Program-made: the position numbers and the translations under genes
Notes under the pieces: generated by a model
Database searches by the model: none
What the model was told of the DNA's origin: nothing
The model's input: the letters and a program-made list of their open reading frames with translations, nothing else
Shown here: in pieces, positions 23,117-36,271 of the stretch
How positions within the stretch are numbered: the stretch's first letter is position 1
Layout: each line of letters begins with the position of its first letter
Source of the DNA: Macrostomum lignano
Lineage: Eukaryota
Assembly: GCA_002269645.1 (NCBI GenBank)
Contig: NIVC01000143.1
Location: 1 to 64,000, forward strand
DNA length: 64,000 bases
Reading direction: 5' to 3'

Positions 23117-25941
23117 ATGCCACGGATCAAGGCACTCGAAATCATCCTATCAGTTCTTCTCTGCCTGGCCGCCACTGCCGCAGCCCTGTCCTCCGTAGTT
23201 GCTGTGGACAGCAGCAATTCACGGCAGCAGCAGCAGCAGCAGCAGCAACATCAACACCAGGTAGCGTTTGCCTGTCCAACTGACTCCGCTGAAAACACGG
23301 ATGACCTGCCCGCTGTAGTGTGGCTGTCGGACCCAGCGGGTGGTCCAGGCCGATGGCACGCTGATCCCAGGCTCACCGGCTGCCCCGCGACCCCTTCTAA
23401 GCAGTTGGAGTTCTGCCGCTTGGCCTATCCTCACGTTAAAAATATTATCAATGTGGCACCAGCTGCAGAGACTGTCCCTGTGCCGAACTGGTGCCCGAGT
23501 GGCAGCTCCGCCCTTGACTGTCCAGCTCGAACTGTCACGCCTCAGCTGTGTCTGACTTCTGACTTCAAATCCGACGCTTTGCTTTTGCCGCCGAATTGTC
23601 GATTCGATCATCGATCGGCTGATAATCCGCGTAATCCGGACGAGTGTCGAACTTTTACCCAGTGGCGCCAGGTGGCCAGAGCCCGGTGCGCTAGCGTTGG
23701 CGAGGTGCTCAGGACTCACAGTTTGTTGCTACCCTGCTCAGCTGCTGGCAAATTTGCTGGCGTTGAATTTGTCTGCTGCCCCGAGACTTCTGCTGTGCCG
23801 TTTGCTGTGCCGTCTGTTGAGGATAGAGACAGGGAGATTGTACAGGTGAGTCTGTGGCCTGCCTTTTCGTTTTCCAGAGATGTTTTTTCTGGGTATTGTC
23901 GTGTGGTTCAGCTGGCGTCCCCTCTGTAGCTGGTGCCCGCTCTGTAGCAGGCGCCCCCCTCTGTAGCTGGCGCCCCCTCTGTAGCTGGCGCCCCCTCTGT
24001 AGCTGGCGCCCCCTCTGTAGCTGGCGCCCCATCCCTGTAGCCCGTGCCCCCCTCTGTAGCCGGTGCCCCCCTCTGTAGCTGGCGCCCCCCTGTAGCTGGC
24101 GCCCCTTCCCTGTAGCCGGTGCCCCCCTTTGTAGCCGGTGCCCCCCTCTGTAGCTGGCGCCCCCTCTGTAGCTGGCGCCCCCCCCTCTGTAGCTGGTGCC
24201 CCCTCTGTAGCTGGCGCCCCCTCTGTAGCTGGCGCCCCCCCTCTGTAGCTGGTGCCCCCTCTGTAGCTGGCGCCCTCCTCTGTAGCTGGTGCCCTCCTCT
24301 GTAGCTGGCGCCCCCCTATGTAGCTGGTGCCCCCTCTGTAGCTGGCGCCCCTTCCCTGTAGCCGGTGCCCCCCTCTGTAGCCGGTGCCCCCCTCTGTAGC
24401 TGGCGCCCCCTCTGTAGCTGGCGCCCCTTCCCTGTAGCCGGTGCCCCCCTTTGTAGCCGGTGCCCCCCTCTGTAGCTGGCGCCCCCTCTGTAGCTGGCGC
24501 CCCCCCCCCTCTGTAGCTGGTGCCCCCTCTGTAGCTGGCGCCCTCCTCTGTAGCTGGTGCCCTCCTCTGTAGCTGGCGCCCCCCTATGTAGCTGGTGCCC
24601 CCTCTGTAGCTGGCGCCCCCTCTGTAGCTGGCGCCCCCTCTGTAGCTAGTGCCCCCTCTGTAGCTGGCGCCCCCTCTGTAGCTGGCGCCCCCTCTGTAGC
24701 TGGCGCCATCTCTCTGTAGCTGGCGCCTCTTCCGCAGGTGAGTCTACATGTACCTCCACTGTGAAATGTCCAGTTGGTGAGTGAGTCGCCCCCATCCCGA
24801 CGCCCCGCAGCGCTACCTGGCACTGCCTACGCAGTCATCGGCCTCAGAGTCTGAGCGCTACTCCCAGGCTAGCGGCAGTCTCAACAGAATCAACCAGGCC
24901 AGCGAGGCCCGTTTGGAGTCTCAAATGTCGTCCGAGGAGAATCGAGTCCTGGACCAGCGCCGATCGAGTGCCAGTCGTCTTGTATCGGACATTTTAAATC
25001 ACTACAGACGCGCATACGAGTCTCTACAGCGTCAGGAGTCTTCCGAGCGCCAGCAGCTTGAGTCGGTGCACGAGGACCGACTGAGCGATGGCGTCAGCGC
25101 GAACTTGCAACGGCTGCGTCAGTTGCTTAGCAACGCCTTAGACGCTGGCAAAAGTTCGCAGGCTGTTGGATATCTACGCGAACTGGGTAGGATGACGGCT
25201 GCCGAGGCTACTCGCCTCGCTAACCAAGCTGTTACCATGGCAACCAACAATCAGCTGACCGACCAGAGGCTGGACTCCGCTAAGCAGCGTCTTAAGCAGC
25301 TTCGACAGCAGTTCGACGATGCTCGGAAGCGTCTACCAGCCTCTGAAGCCTCGGCTGATCATCTGGACGATTTCATCGACAGTCTGAGACACGCCGACCT
25401 CGCAATCGACCGATTGAAACCCAGCCGTTCGCCCAGCTCTGTTGACGAAGCCGCTCTGGCTGCTCGCTTCGCTGAAATACTTCGACGACACGCTGAACGC
25501 GACAGGCGCAGACTTGAGCAACAACAGAAGCAGCAGCAGCAGCCAGAGAGGCTGGAGGATCATCTAGCCCTGATGGAGCATCCGCATTCAGCTGTTGGCG
25601 GCATTCCCAGTCATGTCGGCGCCGGGCGCGCTGTCGCCTCATCGTCTGCCGCACTATCCGGCATTCTTGGCGGTCTGGCCACTCTGCTGATTATCGGCTT
25701 GGTTGCCATGGCAATCGTACGCGGCGGATGCTGCGGCGGAGGCGGCGGTAGCCATCGGCGAAGCTGCCTGCGTCGCTGGAGCATCGGGCAGAGAAGTGGC
25801 GGCGGTTGCAGCGGAGGCTACAAGCTGACTCTGGTGGATGAGCAGCCTCAGCAGCAGCCTCAGCAGCAGTCCAATCCTCATCTGGCCAATCTCCAAGCCA
25901 ACGGATACGAGAATCCCACTTATAAACTTCTGGAGGAATAA
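23117..25941 (+). CDS. Appl: Amyloid precursor protein-like (APP/APPL family); exons 23117-23845, optional 24720-24737, 24811-25941
   Basis: Signal peptide; E1 domain (LEFCRLAYP, VPNWC, LLPCSAAGKFAGVEFVCCP); helical E2-like region; TM GLATLLIIGLVAMAIV; C-terminal GYENPTYK motif; CAG|GTGAGT donor and CCCCGCAG acceptor in phase 0. Confidence 0.93.
23910..24737. repeat. Intronic 18-bp minisatellite (CTGTAGCTGGCGCCCCCT), ~44 copies
   Basis: Tandem units of 18-20 bp filling most of the APP-like intron. Confidence 0.95.
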
Positions 25942-26107
25942 AAGTTGTGACGCTTATGTTTGAGTAATGTTGGTTTCATTTGTCAGCTGATTTATTTGAC
26001 CCTAAGTCGAAAAGGTCGCTGTTTGCTTTTGATTGACCAAAACCTTACTGTCTGACTGTTTAAAATATTAGTTTTGTACATTTGCGAAGCAGCAGTTTCA
26101 CAGCCCT

Positions 26108-27010
26108 GCCCTTAAAATGATATGGCGCCCCCTCAGACTGATATGGCGCCCCCTCAGACAGATATGGCGCCCTCTCAGACTGATATGGCGCCCCCTCAGA
26201 CTGAATTATCGCCCCCTCAGACTGATATGGCGCCCTCTCAGACTGATATGGCGCGCCCTCACCCTCAGACTGATATGGCACCCCCTCAGACTGATATGGC
26301 GCGCCCTCACCCTCAGACTGATATGGCGCCCCTCAGACTGATATGGCGCGCCCTCAGACTGAAATGGCGCTCCCTCAGACTGATATGGCGCCCCTCAGAC
26401 TGATATGGCGCGCCCTTACCCTCAGACTGATATGGCGCGCCCTCACCCTCAGACTGATATGGCGCCCCCTCAGACAGATATGGCGCCCTCTCAGACTGAT
26501 ATGGCGCCCCCTCAGACTGATATGGCGCCCTCTCAGACTGATATGGCGCGCCCTCACCCTCAGACTGATATGGCACCCCCTCAGACTGATATGGCGCGCC
26601 CTCACCCTCAGACTGATATGGCGCCCCCTCAGACTGATATGGCGCGCCCTCAGACTGAAATGGCGCTCCCTCAGACTGATATGGCGCCCCTCAGACTGAT
26701 ATGGCGCGCCCTTACCCTCAGACTGATATGGCGCGCCCTCACCCTCAGACTGATATGGCGCCCCCTTCAGACTGATATGGCGCCCCCTCAGACTGATATG
26801 GCGCCCCTCAGACTGATATGGCGTTCTCTCAGACTGAAATGGCGCTCCCTCAGACTGATATGGCGCCCCCTCAGACTGATATGGCGCGCCCTCACCCTCA
26901 GACTGATATGGCGCCCCCTCAGACTGATATGGCGCGCCCTCACCCTAAGACTGGTATGGCGCCCCCTTCAGACCGATATGGCGCCCCTCAGACTGAAATG
27001 GCGCCCCCTC
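26108..27010. repeat. 21-bp minisatellite (CAGACTGATATGGCGCCCCCT) with 20- and 27-bp variants
   Basis: Tandem units with higher-order re-use of variant blocks. Confidence 0.95.
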
Positions 27011-28199
27011 AAAATAGACAGCGGGATTCGGGAGCCACTTTTCTGTTGCTAAGTAATAAGTCTTAGATTAGTCACTGTTAAACAATGCTCGCGATCTCAC
27101 TATGGCTGCTCATTGTTGTACGAGTATATTTATTATTTAATCGTGTGTAATGATTTATCGGACAGCAAAGCTTATAAACTTCATAATCAAACGCGTTTTA
27201 TGTTTAAACTCCGTTTTTAATCTCGAAAACTATTATTATTATTATTATTATTCAGATTGCACGCAAACTCCACTCGAAGTTAACTACTCAAAACACTGGC
27301 ATAGCATATTTCATTTTAATTTAGGAGTTCTCGAGAATTCACTTTAAGATACTGCCAATCATATTCGAATTCTACGTTCGTCTATGGTTAAAACACCGTC
27401 ATTGATATATTCCGTTGAATAATCCATTCCGTGACAACTCACTAGGGACTCTAGCGACAGAGAGACGTCACGTGAGTTGCAGAATCATAAAAAAGTCGTT
27501 AAAGAATCTGAGCACACCTCAAATACGGAGTCGTCAAGGGTCACTTCTTTCCTATTTAGCTACCTGTGTTACCTGCAACGGCTCTTGGAAGATGCAAAGT
27601 GACTTTGGGACACTTCTTTCGTTTCAACAAACTAAATCATTTGAAATCATCAAGTACAATTCTATGCTTTCTTCATACACGATTTTGGCCATAGACAATT
27701 GTCGAAGCGTTCGTTGAACTTTGGTTGGTCATATCCTAAATCGAATGCTTTTGACTTCCTAAATAAAATTAATAAAAATGCTGTGTTATGTAGCATGTGT
27801 TTTTTTACCTTACTAATATTCTCTTAGTTTTTTGTATCGTCTTGTAAAATCTCTTGTCTGTTCCTGTGATAGCAACTATTCACCCGAAGTTTTTATAAAC
27901 TTTTTATTTGTTAGTCAGCTTTTTGTCAGTCATCTTTTTTGGTTTGTTTCACCTCTATACACAGTTTGATAGCGTGTCTAAGCAGTGTGAATATTCAAAA
28001 AAAACCCTACCCGATTGTAGAATTCGTACTGGCAACTGGCAATAGTTTGTCTGTTATTCTCTGTCAGACTGTGCAATACAGACAGAAGACCCGTCTTCTT
28101 TTATCTGTTCATGGAAAGCACTTTTTTGTCGTTTTTTAAGCAGCACTGAGCAGTTTAATCACTGAGTAACAATCACTGTTGGTGTTGATGACTTTAATG

Positions 28200-28437
28200 T
28201 TGGGTTGTAGAGCGTTAGAGCGAGTTTTGTGTCATTTAGCGAGACACTCTAGACTCTGCATTGCTTCAGTTCACCAAGCTGTAAAATTGGTGCCAGCATT
28301 AGCTAGCTGGGGTAATTGAGGGTGTTGTTGCGACCCAGTCATTGGACTGAACAGCCGTACGCAGCCTTCAGATGCGCCGCGCAAAAGCTGCAGCTGAGCT
28401 GTCGGTTGCACATCTGCCTATTAGGGCAGCCGTAATC
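28200..28437 (+). mobile_element. tRNA-derived SINE (family 1), head partly deleted
   Basis: CORE-like segment and 3' tail match the copies at 1-156 and 19995-20262. Confidence 0.75.
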
Positions 28438-28784
28438 AATTATTTGCTACTCTTAAGTATTAGACACACACAATAGTTTAATAAAAGATTAGCACAAAAT
28501 CGAGATTAGATAAATTTCAAGTCGATTCTGTGTAGCGTGAAACTGACATTTAACAGCAGCAATTTCTGTTGCAGGTGGTTCTGTTAATTTTGGTAAAAAT
28601 TTGATACTTTATGCCAGAGTAGCTTTGTATTTATTTGAGAAGGAAAATAAGGGGCCGGTTAACCAAGTTGCTTTTTAATCAGTAGACCGCAGAATTTATA
28701 AGACCTTCAAATCTTTTGAACCGCTATGACTTGATGTTTCTTTCTTTATGTCCTTCATTAGCTTGATTAAAGTTCCTCTCAGCA

Positions 28785-29410
28785 TCACGGCTTCATCCGG
28801 ACCCACTCAGCCTCGCTGGACACCTCAGCGGGCACAGCGGCGAACTTCAGCAGGCGACACATCCGGCTCACAGATACAAAGGTGCAGCCCAGACAGTCCT
28901 GGCTGAGGTGGCAGGCCATCGCACACTGGATTTCCGTTATGGCACTAACACTGATGTGGGTGATGGAGCTGCTGGAGGCTGAGATGCTCGGCATTGACGC
29001 TACAGCCAGTTTCTTCATCCTAGTAGTAGGACCAGCTGTGGGTGTGACAGATTTTATCAGGTGTAAACAATTTCTGCAAGAGTCCTAGACATTGGAGATA
29101 TAAAACTGAAATTATTCTCAATCTTGTTCGAATTTAAGTTGTATTTTAAGTACAAATTAGGACTCACTGGCAGTGCAGTTGATTTCGTAAATCGAATTTT
29201 TTGAATTTCCACCGCACACCTGTGACGAGTTACCAGAGCAGGCAGAGCTGCATCTGCTCTCAGGAGCGACTCCGTGCAAAGCCGTAGGCGGAGCCGCAGC
29301 AGCAGTACCTTTGGCTCTGAGCACCGAAATAGCGGAACCGACCGTAGGCGCAGATTTGGCTGCACAGCTCCAGCGTCATTGCACTGTTATGCACGAAGGC
29401 CGGGTATGTA
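28785..29410 (-). pseudogene. WSC-PAN paralog A (WSC exon 5'-deleted and frameshifted; PAN exon open)
   Basis: MTLELCSQICAYGRFRYFG remnant at ~29170-29400; PAN/Apple-like exon CAMACHLSQDCLGCTF...CRLL at 28785-29018. Confidence 0.8.
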
Positions 29411-30373
29411 ACCTTAGTAAACCTTACTGCTTTTTCGACAATCGCGGCTTCTGTGATGTACCGTGTTTAAGCGAAAAGGCGGGTTGGGTGGATAAATGCA
29501 GCTCTGCTAATGGCATGCCAGTCAGTTCTGTGGACTCAGAGGAGGCTGATGATCCAGAAGTAACTCTATTTTGGTCCCTAATACGACTTGCTATCTTGCA
29601 GAGCATGCAAACCCATCCAGGATGGGTTGAGCTGAAGAAACTGTCGGGCTACCCATGGCGCCTTGAAGCTTCAGATCAGGCGCAGGACTTAAATTGACAA
29701 AGCAGAAAGAAAGAGCCAGCATTGCAAACACATGCAAATCTGGAGCTAACAACTTTTTCATCCCTAAAGGCCTTGGTTGTTTATTGCTGAAATCTGAAAG
29801 CTTTTTGGTAGCTGTAGGCCTATATACCACTGACAATGAGGCAGTCCTTTTTATGAGGTGGAACTTCTTGGCTTAAATTTCACACGTGTGAACCCTTTCC
29901 TTATTATCCCAAATACCAATTTTTCTTAAGAAGCATAGAAACTACTACTAGTATTGTAAAAGCAATCTTAACAACCTGCCTGTTATGTTACACTTGAACA
30001 CTTTCCAGGTTCGAAGACCCTAAATCTGTGGTATTTAGTATCTGTGGCCTGAACTGCAAACTTTCCTGTCCATTTCAAGATGACTGCTTTGTAATGCGGA
30101 ACAATGGTGCCACGAATTCAATGGTTGAAGTACGACTAATACAGTCAGTAAAACGCTAGGATTTCTTCTTGCAGATTGTCAGTTCTTTATTTTGTTAAAA
30201 TTCAAATTTTATTTCCAAATCAACAGACCAGCTTTGTCATATTTCAAACCACTGTAGACACAGTAAAGTTCTCACCTCAGGAAATCGGGGTACTCGAATA
30301 TGTACCAGAAAACAAAGTAGTTAAAGGTTCCAGACCTACTCAGCCTCACAGCTTCATCCGGAACCACTTAAAG

Positions 30374-31241
30374 TCACTGCAGCTTCATCCAGACCCACTC
30401 AGCCTCCCTGGCCACCTCAGCGGGCACAGCGGCGAACTTCAGCAGGCGGCACATCCAGCTCGAAGTCGCAAAGGCGCAGCCCAGGCAGTCCTGGCTGAGG
30501 TGGCAGGCCATCAGGCACTGGATTTCCGTCGTTGTAGCAATGCTGTGGTGGGTAACGGAGCTGCTTGTAGCCGAGATGTTCGGCGTGGACGCTGAAGGCA
30601 GCATCGTCAGAAACTGTCCAACTGCGGTTTACATGATTTAGCAGAAACCAAGATTTGCAAGATTTACGCTCGTATGTGCAAATGTAACAAATACACAAAT
30701 TTAGCCTCTGCTGCCCACAATAGTAAGTGCATGTAAATTTCATGCTTAAATTCAGAAGTGACTCCGCTCTTTGTACAAACACTAGACAGGTTAAAAAATT
30801 TACCTATCATGTCTTACTTGGTTGGTAGTTGATTTCGTAGATTGAATTTCTGTAGCCTCCACCGCACAACTGTTTCGAGTTACCAACGCAGGCAGATCTG
30901 CACTCGCTCTCAGGAGCTGCTCCGAGCGAGCCGTAGGCGGAACCACAGCAGCAGAATTCTCCAGCCTGAGCACCAAAATAGCGGAACCGACCATAGGCGC
31001 AGATTTGGCTGCACAGCTCCAGCGTCATGGCGGCACTGAGAACGAAGGCCGGCTCTCCAGAATGAGTTCGGTGTGGGCCGAAGGCTGCGACTCCTTGTAG
31101 TCCTGTTAAGTCTCTGACACCGAAATCATTATAGCAGCCGATGTAGCGAAATCCCAGAGGCTGCGGAGGCGCGGCAGCCGGGCAGCATGCGAAGATCACC
31201 CATGTCAGCAGAAAGGCTGTGAGCTGGAACCCAGCCTTCAT
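30374..31241 (-). CDS. Secreted WSC + PAN/Apple-domain protein, paralog B (intact; exons 31241-30818, 30621-30374)
   Basis: Signal peptide, WSC motif YIGCY...MTLELCSQIC...YFGAQAGEFCCCG...C..AC.GN..Q.CGG; phase-1 donor CCAA|GTAAG joins CGCAG|TT in frame to C-x3-C-x5-C-x2-C...C PAN-like exon. Confidence 0.85.
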
Positions 31242-31911
31242 CACTCAGCTCTATAGCTCGTGGTTTCTGAGAAACGACAGATTATCGCAACGAAAACAAC
31301 TGAAAGCACTTCCTCTCTCACTGCTTCTTATTGACAACCGCTGCCTCCTAGACAGTAAATATATGCCTCCCGGATCGTGTTTGAGTACCCATTAATGTGC
31401 CATCCGGGATGTCCTTGAAGCGGACAGAGCATGGATTGATAGTCACTTCTCTATAATAGTGTTTCTGTTTTCCTTAGTGTAATGGGGAATCATTTGCACT
31501 GAAAGCCAATAAAAGTTTTTTTTTAATTTTGCTTAACGTACCAGTCCTGTCATCAGGTCCTGTATCAGGTTTCTATGACGGCCGCTAAACTAAGAGCTTT
31601 TCACATGATTAATAACTACTGACCCACTCAACAGCCTTTGCTGATCGGCCCCACTTTGATAAAACGTTAAATAGTCTGTTTATTTATAGTTGTTATAGTT
31701 GTTTATAGTTTGTTTCACGCAACCCCCCACTCCACTGAGCAGTTCTCAGACTTCCTGAACTACGTTGGTGCATTATTTCATCGCATTGTCCCCACCCTTG
31801 ATATGTATCAACTATAAAGACCCTTAAAAGCGGAAACAGAATTAGGGCGTCCTGTGTACTCGCCCTTTGCAATGCCGTCATCGAGCGCCTGTGGCTTTTG
31901 TAAAAGTGCAA

Positions 31912-32084
31912 TGTGGTGAGCGAGAGACAAGCCAGTCGGGTTTAGTCCAACAAACAAAATTCAAACCCTCACCCGAAGGGTCGAGCTATTCTTATATTTA
32001 CTCGAGAACGCATGTACATCGCATCCCTTGACCCCCAAACACCGACTAGCAAAACAAACCAGTGAGTAAACTCACTTTACAACA
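31912..32084 (-). repeat. 3' LTR of Gypsy element 2
   Basis: Matches 36272-36444 at 170/173 positions; PPT adjacent. Confidence 0.95.
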
Positions 32085-32299
32085 TTCACCATCCTCCTTA
32101 ACAGTCACTAACTCCCTTCACAGCTGGCAATCAATGCGTCATGATCTGGCCGTACCACAACGGTGGTGCCCGCAGTCGCGTACTGCGCCGCAGCTCCGCG
32201 TCGGCCTCAGCGGTCGCCGGCGGCGGGTCTGTCGGACCTTCTGGCGCTGCCGGCTCTGCAGCCACTGGCGGCTGTTGTGGCATTGCCGTTGCCGAAGTC

Positions 32300-35299
32300 G
32301 TGCTGGCACCCTCGGGCTCCGCATGAGGCATACAGACGCTGGGTGTGCCACCTTGAGCCGTCCTCTAACCTGACGATCGTCGGGCTGATGATGTCGCTGA
32401 CCCGTAGAGGTGGTGACACGTGGCTCTGCAGCTTGCCTCGCATCCGCGGAGATCGCACTCGCACCAGGTCGCCGACCCGGAATTGGCGCGGCGGCCGCCG
32501 GGATCTGTTGAGCCGCTTGAACTGCCGTCTCTGCCGCTCCTAAATCTGATCGGCCAGTGGGTGCTCTCGAGTCGCTCGCTTCGGCTGCAGCGTCCACAGC
32601 GGCGTGGTGATCTTGCGGCCGAGCATCAGCTCCGCTGGCCTCACGCCGATCAGCGCATGCGGTGTCGATCGGTACGCCCACAGGATGGACTGCACCGCTT
32701 CCAGGAACGAGTAGCCGTCTTGAAGGTGGCTCTTCAAGCCCTCTTTGACTACACGGTTCAGGCGCTCCACTCCGGAATTTCCTTGAGGGTGGTAGAACGG
32801 AGTCTGACGATGATCGATGCCGTACGCCTTTAGAAAGTCGTTGAACTTCTGGGAGATGAACTGGGGTCCTCCATCGGTGGTGATTACGCGCGGAATGCCC
32901 CAGCGACAAAACAGCGCCATGAGACTCTTGATAATAGTCGCAGATGTCGCTGAAGAGAGGTAGACCAGTTCGGGCCACTTTGAATGCAGGTCATGTACAC
33001 CGAGTATGAAACGGCAGTTCTGTAGTGCACCCTCGTGCAGCTCTCCGAACAAGTCGATCTGCAGCTCTGTCCACGGTTCCTTCGGCCACTTGGTCGGGGT
33101 CAGCACTGTCCGATGCGGCTTGAAGCTCTTCTCACTGATGATGCATGCAGAGCAGCTGCTGACGAACCTCCGATGTCGCTGTCCATTTTGGGCCACCACG
33201 CGGTATCTCGGCAGTGATGCTTGGTCCTGCTGACTCCCTTGTGACCTTGATGCGATAAGTCGAGTATAACGGCGCGAGCTCCCATGGCCAAGCACCTGCC
33301 GTTGCTCGAAACAGTCAGCTCGTTCCTGACACTCCAGTAGGGCAGCAGGCGCTCATCGAGCTTTTTCTTGTCTGGCCAACCGGAAACTGTTAACTCTGCA
33401 ACTCGTGCCAGGAGCTCGTCCTTTGACGTTGCCTCCGCCAGTTCATCCTTGGTGACCACGGTCAGTGCTTCGGCCAGGAGCACTCTTTGGACTTCCAGAT
33501 CATCTGTTTCATCGCCTTCCGTCGGCTCGGCCGTGTCCTGGCAGCGCGACAGAAAGTCGGGCACGATGTTCTTGGCACCCGGGACGTACTTGACGGTGAA
33601 GGAGTAGTTTAACAAACGATCAGCCCAGCGATGCAGTCTGAGTGGCCGGTGTCCACTGCCAGATGATGACAGCAGCGTGGTGAGAGCCTGGTGATCGGTG
33701 TGGAGCTCGAACCGTCGGCCGTACAGGAAGAAGTTCCAGCGCTCACAGGCTAAGATTCAGGCCAGGGCTTCCCTCTCGCTCGCCGAGTAGCGGCGCTCCG
33801 TAGCACTCAGAGTTCGGCTCGCAAAGGCAACCGGGCGCCACTGGCCGTCGGAGTCTTGCTGGAGGAGCATCGCACCGAGAGCTGATGCTGAGCTGTCGCA
33901 GCTGACGATGATCTGCTGATCTGCGTCGAAAAACTTGAGGCAGGGTGGCTTGCACACTCCTGCCTTCAGCTGCTCAAAAGCCTGCTGGCACTCACTGGTC
34001 CACTTCCACGGCTCGTCCTTCCTCAGCAGTTTCATGAGGGGCTCTGCCGTGCTGGAGAGGCTGGGAATGAAGTTGCCGAAGTACTTCACGACGCCTAGAA
34101 AGAAACGCAGCCACTTCCTTGGTGTTCGTTGGCGGCTGTACCTTCTCGATAGCTTCGACGTGTGACTGCAACGGGCGGACTCCAGAAGCGCTCAGCTCAT
34201 AGCTTAGGAAGTTGACCTTGTCCTGGCGCCAGGAGCACTTGGCCGTATTGATAGTCACGTTGTGCGTCATCAGAGCTTGCAGCACCTTGTACAGGCGCTT
34301 GTCATGCTCTTCTCTTGATGCCGCGTGCACTACGATGTCGTCAATAAAGTGCACTGCGCCTTTGATGCCACTGAGGATCTTAGCCATCACCTTCTGGAAC
34401 GCAGCCGGTGCACTACTCAGGCCGAAGCACAACCTCCGATATCGATATAGGCCTCGCTCCGTCACGAACATCGTCAGATTTCTGCAGTCCTCGGCCAACT
34501 CTAGTTGCAGGTAAGACGAATTCAGGTCCAACTTGGAGAAGCATCGCGACCGGGCGAACTCGGCGGAGAGCTCCTCAAAGGTCGGAAGTGGGTATCTGTC
34601 CGGTATGATGCTCTTATTTGGGCCTCTCAGATCGTTGCAGATCCGGATCGAGCCGTTCGCCTTTGGCACCACGACTAGGTTTGACACCCAGTCTGAGGCG
34701 TCGACCTCCTCGATGATGCCTTGCTGCAGTAGCTGGTCGATCTCCTTTTGAACCGAATCCCTTAGGCTGAGCGGCACTCTGCGCAACGGTTGAGCAGTCG
34801 GTTGCACCGCGGGGTTGACTCGCGGCCTGTGCTGAAATCCTTTGATGTGTCCGAGTCCCTGAGTCAACTGGTCGAACCGGCCTGGGATCCAGTCAGGTAG
34901 GGCTCTCGTGCCGATTGTCTGCACTCGCTCACCGTCTGCAGTGACGATTCGCAGTCCCAGCTGATCCATGAGGTCGCACCCCAGGATGTCAGATCCGGTA
35001 TTGACCACGCTAAGGTTGACGTAAGGCACTACTTTGTCCTTGAGTTGCACCGAGGTCAGGATGTCACCAAGCACGCAGATCTTGCTGCCGTTGAAAGCGA
35101 CCAGCTTCCGGGATGACGCCTGCAGGGGCACGTTGGACAGAAGTCTGTTGTACGTCGTCTTGGTGATGATGGAGACTCGCGATCCGGAGTCAACGAGCAG
35201 CTTGACAGGCCTCCCGTTCAGCAGCACTTCGCAGAGCTTGCTTGCTGCCGCAGCTGTCGACACAGTGCAGATGGAGTACTCATCCTGAAGCTGTCGCAC
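32300..35299 (-). pseudogene. pol of Gypsy element 2 split by frameshifts (PR, RT, RNase H, IN)
   Basis: LVDSGS; WVSNLVVVPKANGSIRICND; FIDD; SCDSS...YSASEREALA; HQGH...CSAC; QIDLFG, TDGGPQF, GVERLNR. Confidence 0.92.
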
Positions 35300-36188
35300 T
35301 CGGTTGCCGCTCCTGCAGACTCTGGCGAAGTGCCCGCGCTTGCCGCAGGACTTGCACTTCTGCCCCTTTGCTGGACAAGTCTGTCCACCGAAATGCGCCG
35401 CTGAGCCACAGTAGCCCCAGCTCCGGCCGTCGGTTGTCGGCTTCAGTGCCTCGTGCTGTCTTGCCGCCGCTCCACTGTTCTTGGCCTTGCTAATCTGCTG
35501 GACTCCACACGAGCTGCTTGGGTCTACGTGGCTGGCTGCCTCCCTTGATGGCCTGGGCCTCCAGCAGTCCAGTTTCCAGTCGCTCCGCCAACTGCACAGC
35601 TGTCGCCAAGGTCAGCTCCGGCTCCATAAGCAGTCGCTCCCTGATGTGGTTGCTGAGCACTTTCTCGACGAGCTGGTCACGCAGCATCTCCTCCTGGAAG
35701 GTCTTGAAGTCGCAGTTCGAAGCCAGGTTTCGCAGCGCGGCAACGAAGTCGCTGATCTTTTCGCCCGGTCGCTGAGCTCTCTGTCGGAATCTGTGCCTCT
35801 CAGCAACTACGTTGACCTTGGGTCCGAAGTGCGTGTCCAGGAGCTTCAGCGTGTCATCAACTGTTGCTGGCGGATGCTCTCCTTCCTCCTGATTGCTGCT
35901 GGCCTGTAGAGACATATAGATGTTTTGTCCCTCTGCACCCAAGCAGTGGATGAGCAACGCTTGTTTTCTTTGCTCCGGCAGATCGATGGCTCCCGATGCT
36001 AGCAGGTAATTGCTGAACATTGCTTTCCATCGGTTTCATTCAATCAGCGGTGCTTCAGCGGCTGGCAGAAACGGCTGCGGTGGCGAAATGTTGACACTCA
36101 TTCTGTTGGCTGTATCTCTGCTTGATTGTTGGGACCCTCGCTGTGGGTCACCCATTGCACTTGCATTTGCACCTTCTGTGCTGCTCAT
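35290..36188 (-). pseudogene. gag of Gypsy element 2 (nonsense codon near 36040, frameshift before zinc knuckle)
   Basis: KQALLIHCLG, ERHRFRQRAQRPGEKISDFVAALRNLASNCDF; downstream knuckle region CxxCGKRGHFARVC in another frame. Confidence 0.88.
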
Positions 36189-36271
36189 GACTTGGCAGAT
36201 TTTAGAGTTTGCGCTTGTTGTGCTGAGTCACGCTGGCCCAAATCGATTGATTTCTCCGCGCGACGCCAAAA

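Noticed and set aside
22678-27010. Short regularly spaced repeats as a CRISPR array
   Set aside because: Units are head-to-tail with no unique spacers, there are no cas genes, and the context is eukaryotic.
26060-27066. ORFs such as (MAPPQTD)n and (LIWRPLR)n, and similar ORFs over the 18-, 28- and 59-bp arrays
   Set aside because: They are by-products of tandem repeats, with frame-breaking unit variants and no unique coding context.
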